Source: a bacterium (GTDB lineage: Bacteria > Zhuqueibacterota > Zhuqueibacteria > Residuimicrobiales > Krinioviventaceae). Taken from it: DNA of 64,000 nucleotides. The translations under genes and the position numbers were made by a program. A model generated the notes under the pieces. It had not been told where the DNA came from. It searched no databases and saw only the letters and a program-made list of their open reading frames with translations. Shown here piece by piece: positions 50,197 to 60,924 of this stretch; the first letter of the stretch is position 1, and each line of letters opens with the position of its first letter. The DNA is taken from assembly GCA_963675755.2 (NCBI GenBank), contig CAXXMD010000003.1, positions 1,088,001-1,152,000 on the forward strand, written 5' to 3'.

Positions 50197-51105
50197 ATGA
50201 AAAAATTTATACTCTTATTGGGATTGTCAGTAATCCTGATATTTTCATGTACATCACAAAACAAAGAAATCAACAATGTTAATGATTTGATTGCTGACAA
50301 TGCCAAACTGGCAAAGCTGGCAGACGGATTTATCTTTACCGAAGGTCCTGCACCTGATAGTCAAGGTAATGTCTATTTCACTGATCAGCCCAATGACAGA
50401 ATCCTCAAATGGTCTGTTGAGGGTGAGTTGTCTGTTTTTCATGATAATCCTGAGCGCTCTAACGGTTTGTTTTTTGACAGTAACGGGGATCTGTTGGCCT
50501 GCGCTGATATGTACAACAAACTGGTGTCTATCAATATGCAGGACAAAAGCCTACACCTGCTGGTTGACAACTATGAGGGGTATCCACTTAACGGTCCCAA
50601 TGACCTCTGGCCGGACCCCAAAGGCGGTATCTATTTTACAGATCCTTATTACAAACGCGATTACTGGGAACGCACTGAAAAAGATATGGATGTTCACGGT
50701 GTTTATTACCTGAAACCGGACCGCAAAACACTCATTCGTGTTGATGAGGAATTTGGCAATCCCAATGGCATCATTGGTACTCCGGATGGCAGCACGCTCT
50801 ATGTCTCTGATCGCACTAAAAAGGTGACCTGGGCTTATGATATTAATGAGGATGGAACGCTCTCGAACAAGACTAAATTCAACGATGAAGGTTCAGACGG
50901 CATGACAGTTGACAATATGGGAAATGTTTATTTAACAACCTCCGGTGTATCAGTATACAAAGCGGACGGTACCCATCTTGGTATTTTAGAAATACCGGAG
51001 CAACCTTCAAACGTCTGCTTTGGCGGCACGGATATGAAAACCCTGTTCGTCACTGCTCGCACGTCTTTATATGCTATCAAAATGAAAGTAAATGGATTTC
51101 ACTAG
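50197..51105 (+). CDS. SMP-30/gluconolactonase family lipoprotein
   Basis: FTEGP, PNDL, YFTDP, PNGI, DGMTVD, SNVCFGG. Confidence 0.92.
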   Translation: MKKFILLLGLSVILIFSCTSQNKEINNVNDLIADNAKLAKLADGFIFTEGPAPDSQGNVYFTDQPNDRILKWSVEGELSVFHDNPERSNGLFFDSNGDLLACADMYNKLVSINMQDKSLHLLVDNYEGYPLNGPNDLWPDPKGGIYFTDPYYKRDYWERTEKDMDVHGVYYLKPDRKTLIRVDEEFGNPNGIIGTPDGSTLYVSDRTKKVTWAYDINEDGTLSNKTKFNDEGSDGMTVDNMGNVYLTTSGVSVYKADGTHLGILEIPEQPSNVCFGGTDMKTLFVTARTSLYAIKMKVNGFH

Positions 51106-51107
51106 AC

Positions 51108-51139
51108 AAAAAAAAAGGGAGCAAATGCTCCCTTTTTTT
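51108..51139. terminator. Bidirectional intrinsic terminator
   Basis: A run-GGGAGCA-AA-TGCTCCC-T run between convergent genes. Confidence 0.85.
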
Positions 51140-51142
51140 ATT

Positions 51143-53293
51143 CTATTGTATCACTTTATAATATCTCGCCATCCAGTATGGCAGCAGGTATTCATCCCCT
51201 GCCAGTCTGCTGTGCTGACCACCTCCCATATCCAACGCAAAAGGATTAGCATTATGGCGGTGCATTTCCCGCTCTCCCGGGTATAACAGGATTTTTGTGG
51301 TCTGTCCTCTAAAATTCTCCGGCAAAAACTCGAGATCCTTACGATGAGAATTACGGGTGGTATATCGATCCAGGTCCACATTAAACTCATGTAAATGCCA
51401 CAATGTCGATTCCAGATCAATATCACCACTGGTACCATAGGCAACCATGTTCCACAATGCGTTGCGTTCCGGCAACTCGATCTGCCAGTGATCACGGATA
51501 ACCTCTACATACTTTTGCTTTAAATCGTTATTAAACGGATATTGATACAATACCCAGTAGGTCAAAAATGACATTTCATCATCCGAGTGGTTCCATACAT
51601 TACCCATGACATCACCCATGTGCACAAATTCCAGCGTCTTTTTCATGGTGCTCATGGGTATCATGATATTGTCCAGGTAGCCGTATTCATCCATCATTTT
51701 ATATGCTTCTGATTTATAGATCTCTTTGCCGGTCAACGCATACGCCAACTGTAAACCAGCAATCAGATGCACACTGTTCAATTTGCGGTCCGAGACATAA
51801 GGTGCATACCAGTTTACATATTCCGGGTTCCAGCGGCCCCAGCGAGTGGGTTTGCCATCATAGTCCACAAAATAATAATCATTTTCAATGATATGGGTCA
51901 TAATTGCATCTATAAAATTTGCCACACGCTGCTTTTCTTCCGGATTCTGAACGATAAACTTGTCCATAACAGAAGCAACAAACAGATAAGCAATATATTC
52001 ATCCGTACTGGTTGTACCTTTCCAGTCCCAGTCTTTTTCCTGCGAGTGTCTCCAGGCATGGTGCCATTGAATGATTCCCCTGCGCTCGAATGTTCGTGAT
52101 GGAAAACCCTTGAGCGGATTCACCGTCAACAGACGTTCAAAAGCCTCAAAGGATTCCCAGACATAACGTCTGGCATCAGCGTCACCGGTTGCTGCATATC
52201 GAAACGCCTGACTGCCTAAATAGATCGAAGTCCACAAGCCGTCATTATCATTATCTGTGGTAATAGCAGTTCTCATATCTCCCGGAACACCATAAACGAC
52301 CTCGCATACAAATCCAAAACGCAAATGATACCTGCGGATATCATCCTGTATCTTTTGAGTCTTGTCCGCCAGTGTCTGAACAAGATATTCCACCTTGTTC
52401 AAGCCTGTAGGCGTCAGGAAAAACATATTGCCCTGTTGGTCACAGGCCATATCAATGATCGCATTGTTGTCAAGCCATCGGCGTCCCGCAAAATAACGGT
52501 ATCGGTCTGGTTCCTGTAAATACGCTCCATCCGCAGATGCGAACCATAATTCAGATCCAACCAGCAGCACATCAGTAATTGCCGGAACAGGCAGCTTTGC
52601 GTCAATCTCTGAAATCTGGTTTCCATTATAACGATCAAGACGATAATACCCGGTATCCGTACCGACAACCATTTCGTTGGGTGAAAAGGTAACAGCGGTC
52701 AGTGACTCACCCTTGTGCAGAGCCGTCCACTTTTTACCATCCAGGCGATAGATGGTATTTTCTGTCAAATAATAAAAGGATTCATCATAAACATAGGCAT
52801 TGATGCATTTGCCTTGCGGCAGATCAACATCCTGCATTTTTTTAGTCTTTTCATACAACGTACCGGATTTTTCTCCAATCAAGAATATCACATCATCAGC
52901 ATTCACCAGAATACGCTGATAGGGTTTATTGATATCAGCAAGAATGGTCCCTGCATGCGCGTTGCTGAGAAATTGGTCTTGATAGAGATAAAACAAAAAA
53001 TCGGTTTTTTCCTGTATGGTAATATCTACAGGGTTCTTGTCTGATAATGGACGGTAAAACAAATCCCGGGAGATTTCATTTTCTCCATAATCCCTGTACA
53101 GTCCCTTATCGGTCAATACATAAACAATATTGTTATAATCCACAACGGTTTTGATCATTTGGGCATCTTGTAGTTCCTGAGGTATATCATATTTAACAGA
53201 TACTGCCTGTTTAAAGGGCACATCCAAAACCTGTGCACCTGAATAGCCAATACATAACATTAACAACACAAAAACATATCTCAAGTGATTCAT
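51143..53293 (-). CDS. Secreted hypothetical protein (beta-propeller-like N-terminus, helical C-terminal domain)
   Basis: Signal peptide; DNDNDGLWTSIY, WKGTTSTDE, TRWGRW, NHSDDE, YLLPYWMARY. Confidence 0.65.
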   Translation of the reverse strand: MNHLRYVFVLLMLCIGYSGAQVLDVPFKQAVSVKYDIPQELQDAQMIKTVVDYNNIVYVLTDKGLYRDYGENEISRDLFYRPLSDKNPVDITIQEKTDFLFYLYQDQFLSNAHAGTILADINKPYQRILVNADDVIFLIGEKSGTLYEKTKKMQDVDLPQGKCINAYVYDESFYYLTENTIYRLDGKKWTALHKGESLTAVTFSPNEMVVGTDTGYYRLDRYNGNQISEIDAKLPVPAITDVLLVGSELWFASADGAYLQEPDRYRYFAGRRWLDNNAIIDMACDQQGNMFFLTPTGLNKVEYLVQTLADKTQKIQDDIRRYHLRFGFVCEVVYGVPGDMRTAITTDNDNDGLWTSIYLGSQAFRYAATGDADARRYVWESFEAFERLLTVNPLKGFPSRTFERRGIIQWHHAWRHSQEKDWDWKGTTSTDEYIAYLFVASVMDKFIVQNPEEKQRVANFIDAIMTHIIENDYYFVDYDGKPTRWGRWNPEYVNWYAPYVSDRKLNSVHLIAGLQLAYALTGKEIYKSEAYKMMDEYGYLDNIMIPMSTMKKTLEFVHMGDVMGNVWNHSDDEMSFLTYWVLYQYPFNNDLKQKYVEVIRDHWQIELPERNALWNMVAYGTSGDIDLESTLWHLHEFNVDLDRYTTRNSHRKDLEFLPENFRGQTTKILLYPGEREMHRHNANPFALDMGGGQHSRLAGDEYLLPYWMARYYKVIQ

Positions 53294-53325
53294 CAAAACT
53301 CCTTTTATTATGATATTATATTTTA

Positions 53326-54723
53326 TTATTCAGTCAACAGTGCAGATTCCGGAAGTTTAATCCCCAATTCATCCGTCAACTCGAGCACCTTGGAAAGTAT
53401 TCTGGATTCTATATCAGCAGTCCAGGTAGATGGCAGGTCATACACAATCTGTGACTGGGCACCTTCATACCCGCCTTCACGTAAAATCTGAACAGTTGGA
53501 ATGTACGCCATCACATCGTTACAATATCCCATCACAATCGTATTCTCACCAAACATTCGTTTTAACTGGATGGCATAATCCACAACCACCTCACCGCCTA
53601 GCGCGATAAGGGTCTGCTCTCCCATTTGCCAGATCTGAACGGGATAAGGATAGGATTGGGGAATGGGTTGACCTGCATCCAGCTTTTGCACCATTGATTG
53701 TGCCCATCGGCGTTCAAATCCTTTTGTGGAATCCGCGGCCAATTTTTCAAGCAGTTTGCGGTCCGGAAGAGTCGCAAAATCCAGATCAACATATCCAAAG
53801 GTACATTGCAGTTTGGGAGAAATCTCTGCTGCTGGATTTTCGATTACATCCTTGACTGTTGACGCCAATGCTTTACCATACTTTTCGGCAAGCGATACCT
53901 TGCGTCTTGGAAGCGGATTCTGGTCCGCACCACAGCCCTGAAAAAACATGGCAGTGGTTCCGGGAAACATATTCTCCACTTCGATCTGGGCAAACCCCGG
54001 ATAATCTCCGCACCAGTCATATCCGTTCAAAACCGTTGCATGACAGGCATAGCCAAAAACGGTAGCCCGCATATTATCGGGATTATGTATCTGTATAACC
54101 GGTACGGTGTAATCATAGGGGCCTTTCTGATCTTTCTTTTTTGGCAGTTTTTTACCGGACCTGTTGTTCCGGCGGTTAACCGCAAAATCTACAGTGCCCT
54201 GGGAAGAGTGTATGGTAACCGGATTCATATCTTTTAAAGCCCGGCCAATCAATTGTACAATTTGGTCTTCCAGGTGGCGGGAATATTCATCAATTTGCTG
54301 AACATGTTCAAGAGTTGTAGGGTATACTTTATCCAGACTGCTACGGAGTGCCGGTCCGGAATGGGTATGTGAACTGCTCAGTATAATTCGTGATCGGTCC
54401 AACCCATAAAAGATTTCACATTCCTCAAATATCTTGTCCGACATGTTTTTGGGCAAGCCCAGTATATCAATAGTAACAATTACACCCAGATTTCCGGCCT
54501 CATCCTGAACTGCCAGCGCTTTTGCCCACAAGGGATGCAAAGCACCAGTAGCTTCATGCACTCTTGACGAGTATCCTGCCATCCACATTGGGTGCTCGGG
54601 TGTAATATCAATTTTTGCTACTCCAGCCTGCCAACCCAAACTGTCATTAGTTTCTGAAGCCTGAATGCTGAAAGCTAAAAGTGTTAAACAAATTATTGAA
54701 ATTTTGAACATTTGTATTTTCAT
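53326..54723 (-). CDS. Neutral/alkaline ceramidase N-terminal-domain family amidohydrolase
   Basis: AGVAKIDITP, SHTHSGP, YACHAT, QGCGADQNP, GEVVVDY, EGGYE. Confidence 0.85.
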   Translation of the reverse strand: MKIQMFKISIICLTLLAFSIQASETNDSLGWQAGVAKIDITPEHPMWMAGYSSRVHEATGALHPLWAKALAVQDEAGNLGVIVTIDILGLPKNMSDKIFEECEIFYGLDRSRIILSSSHTHSGPALRSSLDKVYPTTLEHVQQIDEYSRHLEDQIVQLIGRALKDMNPVTIHSSQGTVDFAVNRRNNRSGKKLPKKKDQKGPYDYTVPVIQIHNPDNMRATVFGYACHATVLNGYDWCGDYPGFAQIEVENMFPGTTAMFFQGCGADQNPLPRRKVSLAEKYGKALASTVKDVIENPAAEISPKLQCTFGYVDLDFATLPDRKLLEKLAADSTKGFERRWAQSMVQKLDAGQPIPQSYPYPVQIWQMGEQTLIALGGEVVVDYAIQLKRMFGENTIVMGYCNDVMAYIPTVQILREGGYEGAQSQIVYDLPSTWTADIESRILSKVLELTDELGIKLPESALLTE

Positions 54724-54771
54724 TTATATACCTGGTGTATAATGATTCTTTTGTTGGTGGCTTTAAAAACA

Positions 54772-54808
54772 ATTGGTGTAAATTTGTGTCATTCGTTTTT
54801 TTCGTGTT
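54772..54808 (-). repeat. Degenerate solo CAC-arm
   Basis: Minus strand reads AACACGAAAAAAACGAATGACACAAATTTACACCAAT (9-10 nt period). Confidence 0.4.
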
Positions 54809-54869
54809 CTATCACTTAGTATCTTAAAACTAACATTTACCCAAACTTTTCAACCAGGATCTCTTCTAT

Positions 54870-55856
54870 TTACTGTATTGGTACATGCTTTTCAAAAAAC
54901 TTTTGCATATAATACAGACAATAATCATTGACCGGTTTGGCAAGATCCATGGTATGCGGCCACCATTTTAAACGATGGTACTCATTTTCTACACCGGCTT
55001 CTTCCAGTTTTTCCTGCAACATATCTGCCTGGCGTATAGGTACCAGTTCATCTTTGGTACCGTGGAACGTCAAGGTTGGTGGATCATCCGGGGTGATATA
55101 GCTAATGGGAGATGCTTTTTTGTATGCATCGGGATTTTCCTCCCATGTCTGTCCAATGAAATTCACTGTTAATTTATGAGTATGCGCGTATTCGGTGGTC
55201 AGGTCTACAGGACCATAAAGGTTAACAATGGCCTGAGGTTTACTGCTGATAGAATCCATATCACAATCAATATCAAAATCAGGAACATCAGATGAATACC
55301 CTACCATCATGGACAAATGCCCACCGGCAGAGCCGCCAATTACCGCAATCTTGTTCGGATCGATCGAGTATTCTGCAGCATGGGCTCGAATCCAGCGGAC
55401 TGCGCATTTTACATCCTCAACCGCAGCAGGAAATGGTGTTTTTAATCGATAAGATATTGTTGCGGTAATATAACCCTGTTGCGCAAAATGGAGTAAATAG
55501 TACAGATAATCTTCTTTTTTACCTTTTCGCCAACCGCCACCATGAATAAAAATCAAAACCGGCTTTGGGCTTTCCAATTTTGCGGGTTGATAAATATCGA
55601 GCCCGAGTGTATCGTCATTAATGGTTTTATAAACAATATCTTTAATCTCGGTAATCTCGTCAGGTACCTGGGGTTCAGTGTTAACCAGTTTCAGCATACC
55701 GGTTGCATACGCGGCTTTTAACATCCACATTGCAGGGTAGCCCTTGGGCTGTTTGGGAGCATCATTGTCATCATCAGAAAAGGCAATTCCAAACATCAAA
55801 AAAATGATCAAAATGGTAACAGTAAAAACTTTTCCCCAAAGATTATTTTGTCTCAA
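54870..55856 (-). CDS. Alpha/beta hydrolase (HSL-like/BD-FAE-like esterase)
   Basis: HGGGW, GGSAGGHL, HGTKDELVP, C-terminal His; TTG start behind GGAGG. Confidence 0.9.
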   Translation of the reverse strand: MRQNNLWGKVFTVTILIIFLMFGIAFSDDDNDAPKQPKGYPAMWMLKAAYATGMLKLVNTEPQVPDEITEIKDIVYKTINDDTLGLDIYQPAKLESPKPVLIFIHGGGWRKGKKEDYLYYLLHFAQQGYITATISYRLKTPFPAAVEDVKCAVRWIRAHAAEYSIDPNKIAVIGGSAGGHLSMMVGYSSDVPDFDIDCDMDSISSKPQAIVNLYGPVDLTTEYAHTHKLTVNFIGQTWEENPDAYKKASPISYITPDDPPTLTFHGTKDELVPIRQADMLQEKLEEAGVENEYHRLKWWPHTMDLAKPVNDYCLYYMQKFFEKHVPIQ

Positions 55857-56011
55857 TTTTCCTCCATATCAGCGATTGGAATATAATGTTGTCAGGTTAA
55901 TAATCTAACCAGAATATCTCTATTTCACAATACAAAAGGGAGACCTGGATCAATAATAGAGAAAATTTGCTTTTTGTAAAAAGAGAGGAATATGAGAATA
56001 TAAAACACAAA

Positions 56012-56048
56012 GGACTATTATATGCAGTAATTATACATATAATAGTCC
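56012..56048 (-). terminator. Probable terminator (13 bp perfect stem)
   Basis: GGACTATTATATG-N11-CATATAATAGTCC, followed on the minus strand by TTTGTGTTTT. Confidence 0.65.
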
Positions 56049-56073
56049 CAATAGGTATAAAGATTATTAAATA

Positions 56074-57993
56074 TTAATAAATTGCTTTTCTTTTATGGGT
56101 ATATACCAGCTTATCATTGTGATCAAAACACTTGTTCAATGACCTATCAATATATTTTGCACGCATACGATAACCGGGTATTACATTAAATAAATAATCC
56201 GATTCACTAAAATAAATATCTTGTAGCTGCTGATAAGTATCTATCTGAAAATAATCCGTAATTTCAGCAAGCTGTAGTTCAAAGTCACTTACATTAACAT
56301 TTACCAGGTATTCAGAAACCTTTGAAGAAAAAGTCGGAAGTTGATATGTATTCAAATCCGATGGTCCATATACATCCCAATAAATATATGCATCCATTCC
56401 AATATCATATTCTAACCATGTTGAAAAAATTTCATCAAATGAACCACTGGTTTGAATACTGAAATTCTCTGGTGTTGTATTGATATAAGCAAAATCTGCA
56501 TTAATTTGCTCGAAAAATTCAGGAATATCACCAAATGTAGTTTGCCGCCAATAATTATAATTATCCGATATATCATATTCATAAATACTGGTGCAAAAAT
56601 CAGTAAACCTGTCCGACGGATAAACAAGATCAATCTCTTGCGCGGAGATACCAATCAATGACTGACGATCCACACAATACGAGCCCTGATACCGGTCGCC
56701 GGCAATAGGATAACCATACAACCAGCCACGAATACCATTTGTTTCAGAAGGATAAGTAATAGTCGCTGTTTGTGGGTCTTGCAGATTGTTCATGTCTACA
56801 GAATATTCTCCTGGTGATGCGTTATTTAACCATAAATATTTTGGATTGGAATTGTTGATGTCGATTTTAACATACACATCTACCGGACTTTTATATATTT
56901 CATAAATGTATGGATTATATATCTCTCTTGACGTTGACGTCTGATAATTCCACAAAGAAGATACAACAAAGCCTGTATGTTCAGGTACATTACTAAAATT
57001 CATTGTAACATCGCCCTGATAACTTGATTGTTGATCTTCAGGATACACTTTGTATGTCCATGTACTCCCAATGGGATTCTTTAGATTGGTTTCAATATGA
57101 ATATTATCACCTTTAACAACAGTTGTTACAGAAATATACTCAGGATATAACATAAACTCTGATGGAATATCAAAAGTGACTGTTTGCGTACTGGATGTTA
57201 TTTCGGATTCTCCCCATACATTGCCGTTTAAATCGGAAATATAAATAAAGGCCTTTTCCCAGGAATCTATCCATCCGTTTTGAAAATTGGCTTTAAATAA
57301 ATACGTAGGGGTTGTAACCGTTTGTACACTACTGCCATAACCAAGGCCCTCGGTATCCACTACCCATAATACATAATAATACGTATTACCGGGGGTAACA
57401 TTTTCATCAGTAAAGGTTACAGTTGACTGTGAAGAAATGTCCGTATAACTATGGTCATTGATATCATGACTAATATTGGAAGTTGTACGGGTGATGCGAT
57501 AAAAACCAAAATCCGTTGCGGTACTGGCGCTCCAACTCAAGGTCACAGAAGAACCACTATATCCGGAAATTTGGAGTGCTACCGGATCGGGATAAATACC
57601 GGACAACTGAATGTTGACTTGCTCTTCAGCCTGGCTTATATCTTGTGTTGTAGAACCGGAATACTGAACAATATCCGCTGCATCTAAGGCTTCTATTTGA
57701 AATTTACGGGAATTGCCCATGGGCACACTGAGTGTGCCGGTAAAAGTATCTTCTGAACGAGTCATTTCTTTTGTCAATGTGGTCATATCTGATGCGGATA
57801 CCGTAACCACAACCGATGTAATCTCCATGGATTTTGACAGGGAGCGAATTCCGGATAATGACTGCATATTGTCATGAAACAGTATCTGAAAAGAGACTGT
57901 ACTGCTGCCATCATTGACAGACAAGGGTGTCTTTCGGCTGCATGATAATAACGCTAAAGAGATGAATACAATTATAATAAAAATTCTTTTCAT
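56074..57993 (-). CDS. Lipoprotein with a fibronectin type III domain
   Basis: LLSC lipobox; VTLSWSAS...YRITR...FTDENVTPGNTYYYVL. Confidence 0.7.
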   Translation of the reverse strand: MKRIFIIIVFISLALLSCSRKTPLSVNDGSSTVSFQILFHDNMQSLSGIRSLSKSMEITSVVVTVSASDMTTLTKEMTRSEDTFTGTLSVPMGNSRKFQIEALDAADIVQYSGSTTQDISQAEEQVNIQLSGIYPDPVALQISGYSGSSVTLSWSASTATDFGFYRITRTTSNISHDINDHSYTDISSQSTVTFTDENVTPGNTYYYVLWVVDTEGLGYGSSVQTVTTPTYLFKANFQNGWIDSWEKAFIYISDLNGNVWGESEITSSTQTVTFDIPSEFMLYPEYISVTTVVKGDNIHIETNLKNPIGSTWTYKVYPEDQQSSYQGDVTMNFSNVPEHTGFVVSSLWNYQTSTSREIYNPYIYEIYKSPVDVYVKIDINNSNPKYLWLNNASPGEYSVDMNNLQDPQTATITYPSETNGIRGWLYGYPIAGDRYQGSYCVDRQSLIGISAQEIDLVYPSDRFTDFCTSIYEYDISDNYNYWRQTTFGDIPEFFEQINADFAYINTTPENFSIQTSGSFDEIFSTWLEYDIGMDAYIYWDVYGPSDLNTYQLPTFSSKVSEYLVNVNVSDFELQLAEITDYFQIDTYQQLQDIYFSESDYLFNVIPGYRMRAKYIDRSLNKCFDHNDKLVYTHKRKAIY

Positions 57994-58011
57994 AATTTCC
58001 CCGCTAAATCC

Positions 58012-58905
58012 TCAAGGCAGTGTGGTTATTATGGTTACATTAGAGTTTGTTGTATTATTTTCCGGATCCTCGTCTTTGTTCGAATTCAACAAAAATACGG
58101 TGCCCGCGGCAACAGCAGCCCCGCCAATAACCCAAAGCAGCATTTTACTGCCCTTTTTACTTTCCTCTTTTGCCTGTTTTTCAACCGATGTACCTTTTTC
58201 AAGATATACATCAATATGGTTTTCGCCAGAAACAATCTCTACCTGCTGCTGCCAGTCAGCATACCCATCCATACTGGCGGTAATTGAATGACTTCCTCTT
58301 GACATATTGATGGTTAGCGGCGTAACTCCTGTTTCGTTACCATCAATTGAAATGGATGCACCATACGGATCGGAGTAAATGTTTACAGTTTCTTCAAATT
58401 GCTGTTGAAACCGCTCATTTATCCTTTGTGCAAGATCTTTAACCATAGCTCGCAATTCGGTCTCGTCCTTACAACTTGCATTCTCTGCCATCAATGCTTC
58501 ACCGCTTTCCGCATCCACCAGGCGAATATCCGTTTCAATGAGAAAACTGAATTTTGCCACCGTTCCAAAAACCAAAATGTCTACACCCAGTATTTCGCCT
58601 ATACGCTTTGCGGTCTGTGAGTTTACAGCGCCTGAATACTGGAAAGCCATTTCCTGCATCATGCGGTCAATTTCATTTCGTTCAACAACCTGAAATATAT
58701 TATTGTTGATCAGTTCTGTCATCAACATGCCCGAAACCACCTCACCATATCCCTGCTCTCTTGCAGAGGTATTTGTATTGGTAAAAGGAACAATGGCAAT
58801 GCGCACGTGATCATCCTCCTGCGCAAAAACAATGGCATATTCTCCCAGAACAAATGTAAAAACAAATGATATCAGAATGGTCAGCGACAAGAGTCGTCTG
58901 TTCAT
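58012..58905 (-). CDS. CsgG/HfaB(FlgO)-like domain + PEGA domain protein
   Basis: RIAIVPF...FQVVER..ID...AKRIGEILGVD; SDPYGASISIDG...GVTPL. Confidence 0.8.
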   Translation of the reverse strand: MNRRLLSLTILISFVFTFVLGEYAIVFAQEDDHVRIAIVPFTNTNTSAREQGYGEVVSGMLMTELINNNIFQVVERNEIDRMMQEMAFQYSGAVNSQTAKRIGEILGVDILVFGTVAKFSFLIETDIRLVDAESGEALMAENASCKDETELRAMVKDLAQRINERFQQQFEETVNIYSDPYGASISIDGNETGVTPLTINMSRGSHSITASMDGYADWQQQVEIVSGENHIDVYLEKGTSVEKQAKEESKKGSKMLLWVIGGAAVAAGTVFLLNSNKDEDPENNTTNSNVTIITTLP

Positions 58906-59027
58906 TATAAACCCCTTAATTATTCAAGAAAAGACATATCGTAACCCGGTGATTGTCTTAACATGTTATCAAATTTTTCAGAGCAAGTCAAGAGGAAATT
59001 GAATTTTTCTATCCTAATCGGATTCTG

Positions 59028-60671
59028 CTATTTTTCAGAACGCAGAATATCTTCCAGTGGAATACGCTGAAAAACAAGATCCGCGTGACTACTTTCATAC
59101 AAAATCCCAATGGTCTTTTCATCAACAGAGGTTATGCAGGAATAGCCCCTGCCCCGCCCTTCATCCAGCAGCAGCCAGTGTTCTTTGGGCCAGGTTTCAC
59201 AATCATCAAAACTGACTTTGAGGGTAATATGGTGCCTGCTGTTTCGGTCACTGGGATTCGAAAATAATAACAACTGCTTCTTTTCACCGTTTTCCATATA
59301 GATATGTTTGTGCAGACTTGCCATACATGCCGGTTCAATTAACGCGTTCCGTGATGTTGGGTGCTCAGTCCAGGTTTCACCCAAGTCCTTACTTACAGAT
59401 ACCACACGTCCATTATCTTTACCCATATTACCGCGGTTTCCAGGATATCGCATATTCGACATGATGGAGCCATCGGCCAATTGTACTACCATATTCTCAT
59501 TGGTTTGCGTTCCGGCGAAATTGCTGCTTTTCCAGGTCTTTCCACCATCTTTACTATATGCAATATTTGAAAACGCAGCCCCGCTCTCATCCCGCCCTTC
59601 TCCCGGGAAAACCAAAGTTCCATCATCCAGGGTAATACCGTGACCGGGAGCAACAGTCCATAGCCACCAATCTTTATCTTTGACCATGCGTGTCAGATTG
59701 CGTGACTTGCTCCAGCTCTGTCCGTCATCCGTACTTGTCGTCATTAACAACTGTGCGGTTTGCTTTATATTCCATCCCGGTTGACTGCCTTTACGCCTCC
59801 ACTGGTGCTCCCATGCTGTACTGCTTTCATCCAGACCCTTGATCCATTTCCCGGTTGTATCCAGCACTCCATACATCCATAAGCCGGCTACAAAAATTTT
59901 ATCCGAATTTTTATCCACCAAAATACAGGCATCACTGACGCCGTTATATTTTTGCGGCAGACCACCCCATTCACCCATATCCAAAACTACACGCATGGGC
60001 TCCCAAGTCTGGCCATTATCCGTACTGCGGCTGAGACCGATATCAATATCTCCCTGCAAATCCCGACTGCTCCCACGACGCGCATCATAAATTGCCAGCA
60101 ATGTGCCGCTATTGGTGGTCTCTAATCCGGGAATGCGATAGGTATGCACATTATCATCCATATGGTCACGTACGGAAACACCCAGTCGATGTTTAATTGC
60201 AACCGGATTTGAGTTCTTCCATATGGAACCATCAGCGAATTCAATCTTTTCACAAATGACATAAAAGGTTTGATGCAGATCTGTTTCAGGGTCTAGATCC
60301 ACACAAAGCAGCAGCGTATTGCTGCCGGATTGCAAGGCCAGTTCTCCGTTCATACTCACAGATCCATCAGGATTTGAAATCTCTGCAAACACTCGTGGAT
60401 TTTCAACATCTTCTAACAAGGTATCCGTGCCCAGATACCAGAGCCGGGCGGCTTGGATTTCTTTTCCCTGAATCGAAAATCGCACCGATTTTACTTTCGC
60501 TTCGGTATTAGTCTCAGGCTTAATCAATTGTATCCGGTACACCGGATTATCAGATTTATTGATCAGCACAGGCACCTGCAAAGACCTGGCGAAAACTGTA
60601 ATATCTGTATTAATAGACTGGCAGGATAATGTCAACAGCAGGATTAATAAAAGGGGGAAATACTTTTTCAT
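59028..60671 (-). CDS. Sialidase (GH33), lipoprotein
   Basis: YRIP, Asp boxes (STDNGQTW, STDDGQSW, SKDGGKTW, SKDLGETW, SFDDCETW), GYS; start ATG 60671. Confidence 0.92.
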   Translation of the reverse strand: MKKYFPLLLILLLTLSCQSINTDITVFARSLQVPVLINKSDNPVYRIQLIKPETNTEAKVKSVRFSIQGKEIQAARLWYLGTDTLLEDVENPRVFAEISNPDGSVSMNGELALQSGSNTLLLCVDLDPETDLHQTFYVICEKIEFADGSIWKNSNPVAIKHRLGVSVRDHMDDNVHTYRIPGLETTNSGTLLAIYDARRGSSRDLQGDIDIGLSRSTDNGQTWEPMRVVLDMGEWGGLPQKYNGVSDACILVDKNSDKIFVAGLWMYGVLDTTGKWIKGLDESSTAWEHQWRRKGSQPGWNIKQTAQLLMTTSTDDGQSWSKSRNLTRMVKDKDWWLWTVAPGHGITLDDGTLVFPGEGRDESGAAFSNIAYSKDGGKTWKSSNFAGTQTNENMVVQLADGSIMSNMRYPGNRGNMGKDNGRVVSVSKDLGETWTEHPTSRNALIEPACMASLHKHIYMENGEKKQLLLFSNPSDRNSRHHITLKVSFDDCETWPKEHWLLLDEGRGRGYSCITSVDEKTIGILYESSHADLVFQRIPLEDILRSEK

Positions 60672-60841
60672 AGAATCCTCAATATTTAAACATATAACAA
60701 GCACAAAGAAAAACAAAATCTTTTTATTTATAAATCAGTTTAATCAACTTTTGTTTAAATACGTTTTTCACATGATTTGAAAAAATGACAACCATGAAAT
60801 CATTATTAGAAATCAAACACCCAACCTGACTTTTTCTTTCT

Positions 60842-60917
60842 CTTCGTATCCTTCGTGACCTCTAGTTGTTTTTTTCTCAACCAAATCCAAACCACAAAGA
60901 ACACGAAAGACACGAAG
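60842..60917. repeat. Pair of inverted triple-CAC arms with a 22 nt spacer
   Basis: CTTCGTATCCTTCGTGACCTCTAGTTG (60842-60868) and ACCACAAAGAACACGAAAGACACGAAG (60891-60917). Confidence 0.85.
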
Positions 60918-60924
60918 AAAAAAA

